The notes under the pieces were generated by a model. The model was not told the DNA's origin and made no database searches. It saw only the letters and a program-made list of their open reading frames with translations. 64,000 nucleotides of DNA from NCBI GenBank assembly GCA_036172245.1, contig JAYWIR010000006.1:2604001-2668000 (forward strand). The letters run 5' to 3'. The position numbers and the translations under genes were made by a program. The DNA is from Raillietiella orientalis (taxonomy: Eukaryota). Numbering within the stretch: the stretch's first letter is position 1; the number at the start of each line of letters is the position of its first letter. Positions 24,470 to 37,134 of the stretch are shown in pieces.

Positions 24470-25180
24470 GGTGGCGCGGTGGCGGCGGCTTCTTCATGGA
24501 TGCTGACGTCTCTCGAACTCCGAGCTCGACTCGAGCTCCTGGGAAACGAGAGCGCACGAGCTGCTGCTGTGGTATTCCCTGGCGGTCGGCCGGTCTCGTC
24601 TCTCGCAGGCCCTAGTGGACAAGTCCAACGGGGAGAGGCGGGCTAAGCTGAGGTGAGGGAGCCCCGGTGGCGGGAGGTGGGGGGAGAAAAAGGGTACGGA
24701 AGGAGTCGGGAGGGAGGGAAGCAGAGGAGGCATGGAGGCAACCCCGGAGGAGGGAAGGGAGGGGTCGAGGTATTGGTTAGAGGCGCTCGCTCTTGCCTGC
24801 GGCCGTTTCTGGAGGGAAGCGAGAGCGGGAAATCTGCCAGAGACGATCTGCACCTGACCATCCTTCGCAGCGGGTTCAGGACGCGTGGGCGACTCGATCA
24901 CCCCGAAGTCGGGTGCCGGGCTGCCTGCGACTGCTCGGTGATTCTCAGACCGAGCGCGAGTGCAGGTCCAGGGTCGCTCCCCTGCGGTCTCGTCGCAGCA
25001 GCAGCCTCCTTCGGCCGTGGAAGCTTCCCGGAGTCGCCACGAGAGGCGCCCTCGGCAGATAAGAGCCAGGTGGAGTGCGTAGATTTTTGGATGAGGAGGA
25101 GGGGTGGAAGGAAAAGCACTCGCGCGAAGGTGCCGCCGAGTGCCACCTCCCTTCCTTTCTCGGAGGCGATGCCTGAAGGT
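24470..25180 (+). other. Possible exons of an unidentified GC-rich gene
   Basis: Mini-exon 24609-24652 (ALVDKSNGERRAKL) is flanked by tctcgcag and gtgagg. Acceptor ctgaccatccttcgcag at ~24870 and donor G|gtgagc at ~25178 are phase-compatible. No homologue recognised. Confidence 0.25.
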
Positions 25181-26689
25181 GAGCGTCTTCAGGCGCTCCC
25201 CCGGGAAGATGCGTGCGTCCCTCCCTGGAGGGATGGAAGCGGGTAAACGAGCGCGCATCCCTCTCGCTCCTTCCCCTTCCCTCTTCGCGAGGGGCAGGAA
25301 AAGCAGTGCCCTCGGGCGGCCCGGGTTTGCGCGAAGGGCTGCGCGTTCGATCCTTCAGGCCGCCGCAGGCTGCTCAGGCTTCCGGAGGGAGAGACAGGGA
25401 CAGCTTGTGCGAGACCCGGGCCCTCGCTGCTCACGTCCGCGCATCGGACGCGGGAAGACAGGGGATAAGGAGGAGGAGGCGGTCGGCGCCAGATGCTGCG
25501 TTGCCATGCTCACCCCACTCTCCTCCCTCCACCTTCTCCCCTTTTTCTCCCTCTCTCCCACGCTTTCCCGTTTCTAATCAGGGGGATGGACGCGGACGCA
25601 CGGGTTCCGGGAATCCGGGATTTCGCCACGCGGACAAAAACAACAAAAGATGAAAATTCGCTCGAATGCGTTGCTACGGAAATCGGAAGCTGTAGACTGC
25701 TTTCCGACTTCGGAGCTCCCGAAGGAAGCAAGCGAAAATCCCCGAAGAGAGGGGCGGAGAATTCCCGTACGCGCGGAGGGTCGGGAGTTTCGCATGGGGG
25801 GGGGGGAGGGGAAAGGGAGGGGGAGGGAGGGATCCGAAGAACGAAACCGTTCGATCCACCGCGACGGGAAACGGAGAGTGGCGACGGCGATGTTGCCATC
25901 GACGATGAGGATGAGCGTCGGGGGGATGCGACAGGGAGGAAGGAGAGGGTCAGGAAGAAGGGGAGGGAAGGAAAGGATGAAGATGATGACAGGGAGGACA
26001 GAACATGCGACATGCGACGGACCTTCGGAGCGGACCCTCTCTTCCGGGCGTGAGGAAGTCCTGACTGCCTCTGCTCACGCACGGACGCTTTGCGGCACGT
26101 CACGGGAGCAAACTGCGGGCACGCGCGTGCTCCCTCCCCTCCCGCGAGCCCTCCTACGGAGATGGCTGCGGCACGGAGAGCGGGAAACTCCCTCCTCGCC
26201 GTCTTCACCGAGAGCGGCGGCAGCGACGCCCATGACCCCTGTTCCCCTTTTCCCCTTCCTGCTCGTCCTGCTTCCCTGAGCAGAGGCACGCCGACCTCCA
26301 GGTAGCCATCCGCGGCGCCCCGCCACCTCTTCGGGGCGGGGCGCTGCGGGAACGGATCGGGAGGAAAGGGAACGGGACGGGCTGTCTTCCAGGGGAAAGG
26401 CCCGGGAAGCACGCAAAAACCGGCTCGCTCTTCTTCGCCCTGCTGCTCCTCCTCCGGGTGGGCGCAGTGCCCCCATCGTCCGCGCCAGGAACGCCATTCT
26501 CTCACAGTCGGAGTAGCGTCCCAGTCGGTCAGCTGTCGGTCATTTGCGGACTGCTCACTTTCGAGAGCTGCCCTTAGACGCGTGCGGCTGAAACGGCGGC
26601 CGCCGCCGAAGGCAATACTTCCTGGACCTTTCATCACCCAAGGGCTATCAGAAGCACCAAAAATGCCCGTTACGTATCAGTAGCGTTCC

Positions 26690-26945
26690 AAACTTTTACA
26701 GCGGCATCGTCTAACTTATGAGAACAACGCAGGATTTTCCACGGCGTCGTAGAAGTCACGACATTGTTCAGTAACTTGTGATTGCATCGTAGAAGGTACG
26801 ATGGCATCGCAGAACTTATGATGTCAACGCACAATGAGCCACGCCATCGTTTATAGCCTACGATGGCATCGTAGAAGTTACGTCATCGTTCAGAAGTTAC
26901 GAAGGCATCGTAGAACTTACAGGGGGCTTGTAGAACTCATGAGAG
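26690..26945. repeat. Degenerate ~20-bp minisatellite, consensus ~GATGGCATCGTAGAAGTTAC
   Basis: About 12 recognisable units; the best copies contain the quasi-palindrome TACGATG-G-CATCGTA. Confidence 0.85.
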
Positions 26946-27299
26946 AGTTCTTAAGTTAAGAGCGCACGGAACTTCTTGCAGCGCATGCAACTGAGGGACA
27001 ACGTACAGCAGCACAAAGTGGAGCCAAGCGGAGGGTTCGGATAGCACAAGCTGCAGCGTGCAGGTCGACTGGGTGCAAATCCTGTTAGTGGTCTTGTGTC
27101 ACTGGATGGGGAGGCAGTTTTCTTGCACACCTCCTCCTACCACTCGAGGGGCCGCTTGGGTGCCCGTGTTTTCTCTGTATGTGCGTGCCGCGATCCCCTC
27201 TTGGCATTTCGGTAGGGCAGCTGCGCTCGGGAACAGTGGAGATGCGACACACAGAGCGGATGCTTGGTGGAACGGAAAGCCGAGCGTTCCGCATCTTCG

Positions 27300-28000
27300 T
27301 GATCATCGCAGCTTCCTGGAACGTTCTGAAACCACCAGGGAGGTTTCGAAGAAAGCCGACATGGGAGCAGAAGGAAATGCTCCCCTGTCTGCCGTAGCTA
27401 AAGTAAACTGTGGTTATCCTCGAAGTCGGCTCGCAAGATCATTCTCGCGGCCATAGCGGTCCACGCTCCGCAATGTACGAATTTCCTCCGAGACGTGACG
27501 GACCGGAGAAAATCAAATGCTGCCGGTGGTGTCCCTTTAGGAGTGCTAGGGGCAAGGGAAGTTACCGTTCCCAGAAATGGGGACGCAGCGGCACGCAAGC
27601 AGTTTCTCAGGTCCGCGATCCTACCCATGCGAACCAATCGCCTGCCAGGTTCTGATTGGCGACCGTGTCGAGGGACAAAGGCTGCAGAGGACTGCAGAAT
27701 GCGTTTGGTTTCCGTGAGGAAGAGCTTAGAGTAACGGCGGGTCTCTTCCGATGCGCCGATCGGGGCATCTTCGAACGCTGGGAGAGAGACGCGTGCGGTT
27801 TCCTCTCGCTTCCCTCCTCCTGGAGAGCCTTGAGGGGAGGTGGTGGCGAGCTCGTGTTCGAGGTTTCAGTGGCTCACTTTTTCCTCTGCAGACCCTCGGA
27901 GACTTCCGACGCTGCGGCATGACCGAGGAAAGCGGAACACGTCGTGACCCACTCGGCTCGTGCCGCCCATCTGGAAGCGCGATGGCAGCGCTCCAGAAGG
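27300..28000 (+). pseudogene. L1/Tx1-like ORF1 remnant
   Basis: GHLRTLGERRVR..RVRGFSGSLFPLQTLGDFRRC resembles the G..TG.R.V...V.Y.G..CF.C..GH...C zinc-knuckle region. Confidence 0.4.
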
Positions 28001-28634
28001 CGCGCGGAGGATTCCTTCGCTCTTGTCCTTCACAAACTGCGCTCCTGACGGGTGAGGCCGATGACCGTCTTCGCTTCCTGTCTTCCCTTTCTCTTTCAAC
28101 CTCCACTCGAGTCTGTGATCCTGCGAGATCTGTTTCTTCAGCTCGGCTGGTAGCCCCACATGTGACTCCGCTAGTTCCCTCTGGAATGGCGTATGCTGGA
28201 GAGCCGAGAGAGACCCTTTATGTGTCCCCTGTATTAGGCGCTTGGGGGACATCGCTTCCTGAAGGCTTCGCCTCTCGCCGCATCCCACTGTTGTGGGAGG
28301 GCAGTGGCAACGATCGCTCTGGCCGAGTGAATGCAGACGCTCCCGTTCGGGCAAACCGGGCGGAGTTCGCTTCCTTTCCTTCGCCTTGCTACCCCTGATG
28401 CTGCATAGGAGGATTCACAGGAGAGGGTCATATCCAAATATACCTCTCTTTCCGCCAGGCGGGAGCACCGAGAGGTCGGAACACTGGATGTGCTGCGGGA
28501 ACAGGTTGACTAGGGTCCACCAGCTCCTTGATGCTGTTGAGAAACCACGTGCTTCAGCCTTCCTTGTCGGGCACTGAAGAGTCAGTCCTTGGGATTCTCT
28601 TCAAATCATTGGGATGCTGGACATCCCGGAACAG

Positions 28635-29320
28635 TGACGCCCTTCAAGAGTTTCAGGACCACGAGTACTGAGAAACAAACGCGACCCTGCTGTGGAAGAC
28701 GACGGTATGCTGCCGTTGAACGTTCAGCACAGAGGCAGGACATCTACCAGACGCATCCCGCACGACCGAGTCGCTGTCGGCAGCCGCGACAGTGTTCTTC
28801 GTCCTCCTTCGTACTCCCGTGCATCGGTAGTGCCCAGACCAGAGCACTTGGCGGGGCGACGAGAGGAAAGCCACGGGTTCGAATCCCGGCGGGCGCGCCT
28901 TCCCGTCAGAGGCTGTGTCTCAACCAGAAGCGCTTTTCACGGCGAGGGAGCTGGGCAGGCAAAGGTGATGCTGGATGCCGGATGCTCTGCAAGAGCCGGG
29001 AGCCCGGGTACGGAGGAAGGAAAGCGGTACTGATGTGGAAAGATGATGCTGCCGTCTAGCGTCCAGCACAGAGCCGGAACATTTGCCGGAGACCTCGCAC
29101 GACCGGCTCCCAGGTTGACAGCACGACTGAGTCGCCGCCGACAGCCACGACAGTTCCCGAGCCATGCACTCGGTGCAGAGTAGAGAGGACAGCCGCGGGT
29201 TCGAATCCCGGCGGGTGCGCCTTCCCGGAAGAACCTGTTCCTCATCTAGGCGCGTCTTCCACGGCGAGGGAGCTGGATAGGCGGAGGCGACGGTAGATGC
29301 CGGATGCCCTGCAACAGAGA
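28635..29320 (+). repeat. Tandem array (~2 units, period ~322 bp) of tRNA-derived SINE-like family B
   Basis: Perfect B-boxes GGTTCGAATCC at 28876 and 29198. Repeated blocks gtggaagacgacgg..ctgccgt..cagcacagag and ggatgccggatgc.ctgcaa. Confidence 0.75.
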
Positions 29321-30479
29321 GAAGGGGAGACTAAAGTCGGAGGCTTCCATCGTTGAGCAGAAAATCGAGGGTTCAGACCGCGGGTGTTCGTACCTCCCGA
29401 CCAAGTCCTCTCTTCAACAAGGGAAGCGCTCTCCTCCACTCTCGGGAACCAGGATGATGCCTGAGAGTGGATCGGAAGGAAGTCGAAGTCGCGTAAGGGT
29501 GCTAGCTGCGAAGCCCGCCTCCCCCGTATTTCTTGCCGCAACGCCGAGGTGAGATGAAGCTCTCCAACCCTCGTTGCGAGGGATGACTCTTCCTCGTCCC
29601 CGTACCGACATGCGGGGTGCGCTCTTCCAAACAGCAGCCGCCGTAGCACCCCATTCAGAGGAACCACTGCACTCCCTCCTTCATATAGAGGTCGGGATGC
29701 TGACCTTCCTATGAACTTCGCCCCGAGCCAAGGATTTCTGGTAGCCGAGTGGAGGAACAGACAAAAATGAACAGGGAACCGTTCGTCCGAGTCTCGTTCA
29801 AAGAGCCGGGAACTCGAGTCTGGGCTCCGGTTTGCTTCTCACAACCAAACCTTGCGTCGGATTGGAGGAAGCGAGAAAAGCGAAACTGCCCGAAGGAAGT
29901 TTAGCCTGCGAGGTCGCTCCCAAGAGGATCCCCGCGCGCGCGCGGTGGACTCAGGAATGATGCCCCCTTCGGCTCGACCAGAGCGTCCGGACTGGCTGAT
30001 TGAGCTGTCCGCACGCTGGAGGCTGCTGTTCTCGCCCCGGGGGCGCAGGTCCTGTGACGCCTTTGGGGCATCGCTGGAGCTTTTTGGTATCTTCGCGTCC
30101 AGCGCTTCTCCCTCCGCTTGCGCCCCCTGCAGTCGAAGAAAGGCGCGGCGACCTGATGGATTGACTGGAAAGCATCTGCTCTAGAGAGGGACGCGTCTTC
30201 CCGAGGAGCCGCGGGTCGGGTGCAGTTCATACAAAGTAAACAAACCGGGACGACTTCATCTCCCATTCCGACAGTTGCCGCCGTCCCGGAAGATCGTCGG
30301 ATGAAAAGGAAGACGTCGTATCTTTCCCGCGAATGGCTGCTGCATCGATCCCGGTATCAGGCGCTCGAATTCGGGAGCAAACAGTTCGTCCGTCCGTCAG
30401 AGCGATTTCCAAACACTGACTGGGACGAACCCGGTTCGATTCGTTCCCGGGCGGGTGGGGGGAGAGGGGAAAGATTGTG

Positions 30480-31000
30480 GAGTGCGTCGCCTCCGCGGGA
30501 CGATGGATGTCGGATGCCCTGAAAGAGTTTCAGAACCCGGGGTGCTGACGATGAAATGCAACCTTGCTGTGGAAGATGACGGTGCTGCCGTCCAACGTTT
30601 AGCACAGAGCCGGGACATCTGCCGCAGACCCGCACGACTGCACCCAGACCGACAAGACGGCCGAGTCGCCGCCGGCAGCTGCAACAATGCCCAGGTCGGT
30701 GTGCTCTGTTCAGAGTCGAGAAAGAGGACGCGGGTTCGGATCCCGGCGGATGAGCCTTCTCGGCAGAGGCCTTGACTCAACCAGGAGCGCCTTCCACGGA
30801 GAGCGAGTTGGACAGGCGGAGGCGACGGTGGATGCCGGTTGCCCTGCAAGAGATGAGGACCCAGGATGCTGAGGAACGAAAGCAACCCTGCCGTGGAAGA
30901 CGACGGTGTTGCCGTCCAGTGTCCTGCACAGCATCGGGACATCTTCCGCACACGCATCTCGCATGATCGAGTCGCTGCCGGCTGCCGCAGCAGTGCTCCT
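30480..31000 (+). repeat. Second tandem array (~1.5 units) of SINE-like family B
   Basis: gtggaaga blocks at ~30569 and ~30893; B-box variant GGTTCGGATCC at 30733. Confidence 0.75.
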
Positions 31001-33388
31001 GGGACAAGGGTTGCTTTTTGGAAGAGCGCACCCTGCATGTCGATACAGGGAACGAGGCACAGTCGTCCCTCGCAACGAGGGTTGGCACTTCCTGGCGTTG
31101 GCGTCGCGTCAAGGAATGCGGGGGAGGAGGACCTCCTCATGGAAACGCACGCGTCTGCGTCGTAAAGGGATTGAAAGGGTCGAGAGAACGAGGCGCTGGG
31201 CATTTAGATCTTCCATCTCGAAGAGAATGCAGATGTTTCTCGAGGAGAGATTCTCTCTCCAGGCCATGAGGAAAAAGAAGAACAAGAGATGCTCCGAAGG
31301 AAGAGCGATTAGTGGCAGGACAGCGGTTTCCTTCCAGTCACGCATATCCCGTTTCTGCTGCTGCTTCTCTGCCAACTTCCGGATGGTCTCCAAGATGGAC
31401 CTCAAGGAGCCAAAGTCAGAGCCTCAGGAGGAGGGTTCGAGGTTTTTCCGTGCCGCCTTGAGGAGGCTACCGGCGTTCCCATTCTCAGCTGGCGATAAAG
31501 GACGCAGAGCGGCTTCCCCAACCCGAGCAGGTAGGAGCCTCCCTCCATCTTGGGTGGCTGCTCGTCCAGGCGAGTGACCCGGCTGCGATGCTGCCGTGAT
31601 ACGCCGCCTCGAGATGGACGAATGCTGGCGCGCGCTGTCTCTTCCCCTCTTGGCGCCCAAGTTCATGCAAAGTAAACAAACCAAGACGACTTCATCTCTT
31701 CCATACTGGCAGTTGACGCCGTCCCGGAAGATACTCGGATGAAAAGGGAGACGTCGTATCTTTTCTGAGAATGGCCGCAGCCCTCGGCGGATGCCGAGAA
31801 GGTCTGACAGGCCGACGCAGGACTCTTTCGGGGGAGGAGCCGAGAGCCAGCTTCCTAGAGCCGTCGCGAGGTTCTCGACGGTGCGGGTGGCATCCCACAC
31901 GATGGCTGTGGCCCATCGCCGCGGGTACTCCAGGTCGGCTCGGGGCTTCGACTAGACCCCAAGGGTTGGCTGGAGGCTATCGGTATTCCTGGGAAGATCT
32001 CTCCCTGCTTCGAGCCACTAGGTCGCCGCGCCCTGAGCGATGCAATGACTGAGTGTTTTTCCCACCCCACGCATCTTCCGCGCATGCGGTCCATGGCGGT
32101 CGAAGCTCGCAAGGGCGATATGTTGAGCCACACCGCACGGACGACTCTATCATCGGCGATCCTCCAAGCAAAAACCACTCCTTCTCCACTGGAAATCCTC
32201 AGATGAGCAACGCTGACCAACGCAGGGCACGGTCCATTCTTGTCCTGGACGCTTCTCCTGAAAGCAACGTTTCTTCGCATTCCACGTCAGTAGTCCCCGG
32301 CGGACACCCAGCACGAATCTGCGTCGCCGAAGTCACCAAAAGGAACGCTTACCCCCCTCCCCCCCTCCCGCAGCATCACGCGCGGGAGCAGGCGTGGTTT
32401 CCGTCGAAGTCACGACGGCTTCGCACTCTGGCCAACTTGCGCTTTGTGGCAGACGGAAGGGGGGGGGGAGCAGAGCACCTACGCTCTCGATGAGAGCTGA
32501 GACGATCCCATGATGCTATCAGCCAACACATGGTCACCACCGGGAGCCACGTTCTTGCCTCCCCCCCACTCCCCTTCCCTCCCGGAGATGGGATCCCCGA
32601 GAACGGGGTCAGCTCTTTCTCCGAAGCTGGAGGAGTCCACGACTCCGACGCGGAAAGACGGAGGCGTCTCCCTGCGTTTGTCCTCCCTTTCATCAGTCCT
32701 GCACCCACAAGGGATACCCCAAGGGATGGGAGGAGATGCGCGCCAGCCGACGTGCTCTCTCATTTCAGCTTTATTAAATGATTGGATTTGCAAATTTAGC
32801 GGCCAGCGCTCCGGAGACGGAGATGACTGATTGCAGCACGTGATCCGATACTTTCGGAATCATTAGATGATCTTGTGCATGATGTGCCGTTATTAAATAG
32901 CTGATAAATCGCGCTCATCTGATGGAATCAATTATTCATCTCTGGAGAATTCCGGAGCCTCCCAACCCTTACGAGTTACGCTGTAACGGGATTCCGTTCG
33001 CTCGCCTCATCAGCAGGCAGAGATCATCTGCGTTTCCTCTTTCACGCAGGAAGATCTGAATAAAATAATTTTTCATAAGCTCAATCTGCAAACCAACGAG
33101 GGATGATTTATCAGAGGCAAGCACTCATATATGAATCATCACCCCCCTCCCAACCCCCTATGCCATGCGTGACGCCGTGTCGAAACTTCGGAAACGAGCC
33201 GGAACTCAGGGGCGGATTCTCATTCGGGAGTCGGCACTTAGAGTCGGCGGAGGATGGGGGAGGCATCAGAGGATGACCCGCATCGGAAGGAGCAGTCCCC
33301 AACTCCAACAAACACATTGCGCGGTTGGACATCGTTCGGCACGCGTGCTGCTCCACGAAATCCACTGCCCCTCCCTCTGCAGGCGGCG

Positions 33389-34683
33389 CACGCGGTTAGC
33401 ACATCGTCAGGAAGCCACGCATACGCACGGTGAGATCACCCTCCAATGGAGGACCCCACAGGCCTGGCAGGGCGACTCCACGTGCCCTGACCGACTTGTT
33501 CCCATGCTTCTTTACGCGTGACGACGAGACAACCGTGAAGACGCTCGAGCACGCTTTCGACGAAGGCTCCATCTACTTCCAGGGAGCACGCACGCCAGAG
33601 AAGGCAGGCGGACCATCCAGCAGACGACACGGACTCACCCCGGAGGAAGATGGTCACGTTCCAAACCGACGCGCAATTCGGAACCTCGTCCTGAGCACCG
33701 AGAGCCACCCGGAAATTCTCCGATTGGCCTCTCCCCACCCGCCCGCCCGGAACTGCTGCTCTCCGCGCAGTCGGTGCACGCGAGAGGCGGCGATGATCGA
33801 AGGCGCAGGAGGCCCTCAACACGAGAACGAACGACCTAGGGAATCCCTGGAGAGCAGTCGGAGAAAACGAGGCACCTGCCGGTGGCCTCCCGTGTCCGGT
33901 GCGCGAGCGACCCACTTACAAGGCACGTGTGCCTGGACGTCTCCCTGACGATGCTCGAATCATCTCCAGCAGAAGAATGGAGGAGAAGAAGGAAGTGGCT
34001 CCCAGGAATGGGTAACACGCAAGAACGGTGTGTTGAACGAACCGGTATCCTGTAGCACGGCAGCCGTCGCGAGCTCGTGGAGGGGCGTCGGCGGTGGCGC
34101 CCGCACCGCCTCCGGTTCGACGAGACGACGGAGAGAAGCGAGCGTTGCTCGTCTCCACGGAGACGGTTTCCTACCTTCCGGTACCGCTTTGCTGACGGCC
34201 GGGAGTTGGCCCCGTTTGCTTCCGAGCGCAGAGACGCCCGCGTTCGGGCCGGGCGCGCTTTCTGCGACGCGCGCGCCAGCTTCCAACTTCGCCGCCGAGA
34301 GAGGCGGCCGCTCGGCTCCGTTGCGGGACGGAAGCGGAGCGGGTTAAATGGAAGCCGATGGCTGCCAGCCGGCCGATCCCGGCAGACGACCCGGAACTGC
34401 TTCCGGACGCCGTCGCGCCGCGATGCGGAGGCGGGGTCGCCGCACCCCATTCTGGCGCGCCGACAGCACGGCGACGAGAAAGGACCCGGCACGAGGAAAC
34501 GTACGCCGCCCTCCTCCCGGCGGAGGGGCATCCGCCTTGGGAACGGAATCCCCGAGGTCTCGGGATGATCCGGGGAACGTCGAGGTGTTGGTCGAGTCTG
34601 GCATCCTTCGCGCGCAGGCGGACGGCAGGAAGAGGAGGATGGCGTTGCGCTCAGGCGTGCACCACGGACTGGAGAGAGTGTAT
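33389..34683 (+). repeat. 1.29-kb segment with an apparently identical inverted copy at 42678-43972
   Basis: ORFs contained in the segment translate identically on opposite strands. Ends are CACGCGGTTAG...GGAGAGAGTGTAT. Confidence 0.96.
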
Positions 34684-36339
34684 CGGGGAGGCATTCCGGA
34701 AAAATAAACTTGATATTGATAATTATGGATTTTTTTGTTCAGTTTGAATATGAAATTATTAGTAGAAGATTTGGTTGTCCAGGATGGTCGGCAGTTAGCA
34801 TCTGTCGTTATGGCTGCTCTTCGTGTGGTTTCGCAAGATCATAGAAATCATGAAAAAACTGCCCTCAGCTTTGCTGTGCGGGCTGAAATCAAACAGATTC
34901 GCCTCTTCCCCTCTTCTCCTGCTTTGTTCGCCCTTGATTAAATAAACGGTGCCCTTCCTCACGAACGATTGGTCAGGTTGTACGAAGCACCCCCGGGTCT
35001 CCGTGGGGCACGTCGGGAAACGAACGCGGTGAGCGTGCGTGGTTAATTCGATGACGCTGGTAAACATGGAAGGCGCTTGGTCGTGGGGCAGCTCGTTAAG
35101 CCAAATTTGCAGTTCCCAAACGAGGAAGGGGAGGATACCAATCTCGTGGTACGATCTGCCAGAGGTTCCGCTAACTGCTGCCAGCGCGCATTCAACCTGG
35201 AGACCCCTTCCGAAATCGCGAGGTAATCGGAAGGGGTCTCTCCCGTTTCCAAGAAGCCCTGCGAGCAACTTCACAGAGTGAGGAACGTACAGAGTGAGAA
35301 AGAAGGAGGAGGAGAAGAAGAAGAAAACTGTGCTGCTTGCGATGCATCTTCCTTGTGGGAGCGGATCCCCCGCGAAGAGCAGCGACAAAGACAGCTGAGT
35401 AAGACATTTTTTTCAATGGCGCAAGCATTAATTACAATCTCAGGTCGAGACTGCGATCAGAGGAGATGAACTTTTCCCGAACGCGGACGGCAGCTTCTTA
35501 CAGCAAGCCTGCGGAGGACGAGATTTATTCGGACGCAGTCACCTCCCTGTCTCCCCGGTTCCCTGATGATGGGATGGATGCCCCGCTGTGTGGCCTGACT
35601 TTTTATGTTCGCTTCGCGTCGGGGAATCATCCGGCCGGCGGACGTCCGTTTTCTCCTGGGCCGAGTGGACCGCTGCTGCTGCTCTTTACGTGCATTAATT
35701 GCCACTCTTTCGAGCTGCTTCCCCGGTCGTGATTGCATTCCCCATCCTATCCCATAAAAACTGCGGGGAACGAGATAAGGTCGGACACGTAAAAAAAAAA
35801 AACAAAAAAAAATCGGCTCCGAAGACCTGCATGAAGTCCGCCTACCATTCGCTCGATGATGGAGAAGTTCATGTTGCGGTCTTATCGACGTTTATACTGA
35901 TTTGCGGGGCGAAGAGCAAACTTTGATTGCAAGGGGCGTCCGACAGTCGGGTGTCTGTTCCGAGGGCGTCTCTCAGCCCGCCGCCGGAAGGGAAACCCAG
36001 CGAACACGAGGGACGGGCGAAACTCCCCGAAAGCGTTATCCTGGAAGGGCCAGTTCCGTCGGAAACCGGTTCCCGTCGGTCCTGTTTTCCTGGGGAGAAG
36101 GTTACGAGATGTCACCACCATCGTCGAACGGAGCTGCAATCGAACACGTCCCGAGCCAAAGACGTGCCAACCTTTCGCCGGGATCGGAGAGAGAGGGACG
36201 TCGCACCTGCTTCTCTTGCGTTACTTAGGAAGAAGGGGAACTGCTTCTCGTGTGGGAACGCTTTGTCACGTCCCTGTGAATCCCCGAGAGCAACCCTAGA
36301 GACGTTTTAATGGAGCATCCATTTAAAGCGCCTCTTCTT

Positions 36340-36771
36340 GTGTGGAGCCCTCACGCCGGCCGCATCCCTAGCAGCTCTTTGCTGCCTATGCGGCAGAATC
36401 GCAGCGGTCTGGAGCTACGCTAGAGGAGTCCAGGACGCTTCTATTCTGGACGACATCTATTCTGCCGTCTTTTTCATGAGGATGGCGTCAAGATGGTCCC
36501 ATCTGGGAATCTGGAAACAGGAACTTGCCAGCACCCTGCATAGGATGCAGAGGACACTCCCCAGCACGCAGTGATACCTCCCCCAACTCTCCACTTTTTT
36601 TGTATTTTTTTTTTTGTTTGTATCCCCTTCTTCTGTACTGCCGAGGCGAACCTCACCGGCTTGCGCGCCGGTTCTCGGCAGCTTCCTTCCGTATATCCAT
36701 GTAACGTGCATCCTGCCACTTCCCTGTATGTTTATTTTTTGAATAAACCCCCCGGCGTGACCGGATGTCAA
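36340..36771 (+). mobile_element. 5'-truncated L1/Tx1-like LINE 3' end
   Basis: Aligns with 22940-23342 (catctgggaa.ctggaaacaggaacttgc..gcaccctgcataggatgcagagg). Ends aataaaccccccggcgtgaccggatgtcaa. Confidence 0.8.
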
Positions 36772-37134
36772 CTTCACTTGCATTCCCGTTCCCAAGTCTC
36801 GTTTGCTCGGTTTAGCGGTTCCCAGCCGGAGCTCAGGTGAAGGGCGGACGCTCCAGCCACCGGTTTTCCGCAGTGCTCCTGAACTAGGAAGCACCACTCG
36901 CTGAAGACGCCCTGGGGATGGCCATGGTGGAGGGAACTCTTCCTCTGAGCGGTTCCATGGAAACGGCGGCGTCTTGGCGCCGGTATGGCGGTAGCAGCAC
37001 GGCGTACTGGCGAAGTGCCCGCAGCACCTCTTGGTCTGCTTTCTTCCGAGCACCCTTCCGTCGACGGCGCCGTCCATCGGCGCCGTCGGTCCACTGGGGA
37101 TCCCCCAGTTACTTTCGGGAATAGTTCCGGGAGA

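Noticed and set aside
25510..26637. Longest ORF in the track (375 aa, minus strand) and similar long R/P/G/S-rich ORFs such as 44-655, 22597-23478 and 59685-60536
   Set aside because: Low-complexity products of GC-rich DNA or antisense to LINE remnants; no domain motifs.
26690..26945. CRISPR array
   Set aside because: Contiguous degenerate units without unique spacers, in a eukaryotic context with no cas genes.
28840..28900. Genuine tRNA genes at the GGTTCGAATCC sites
   Set aside because: No cloverleaf, acceptor stem or poly-T terminator; the sites are embedded in longer repeated units, so SINE-like.
32760..33110. AT-richer patch with homeodomain-like TAAT/TTTAT sites, a possible enhancer
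   Set aside because: Short motifs alone are not evidence without conservation or chromatin data.
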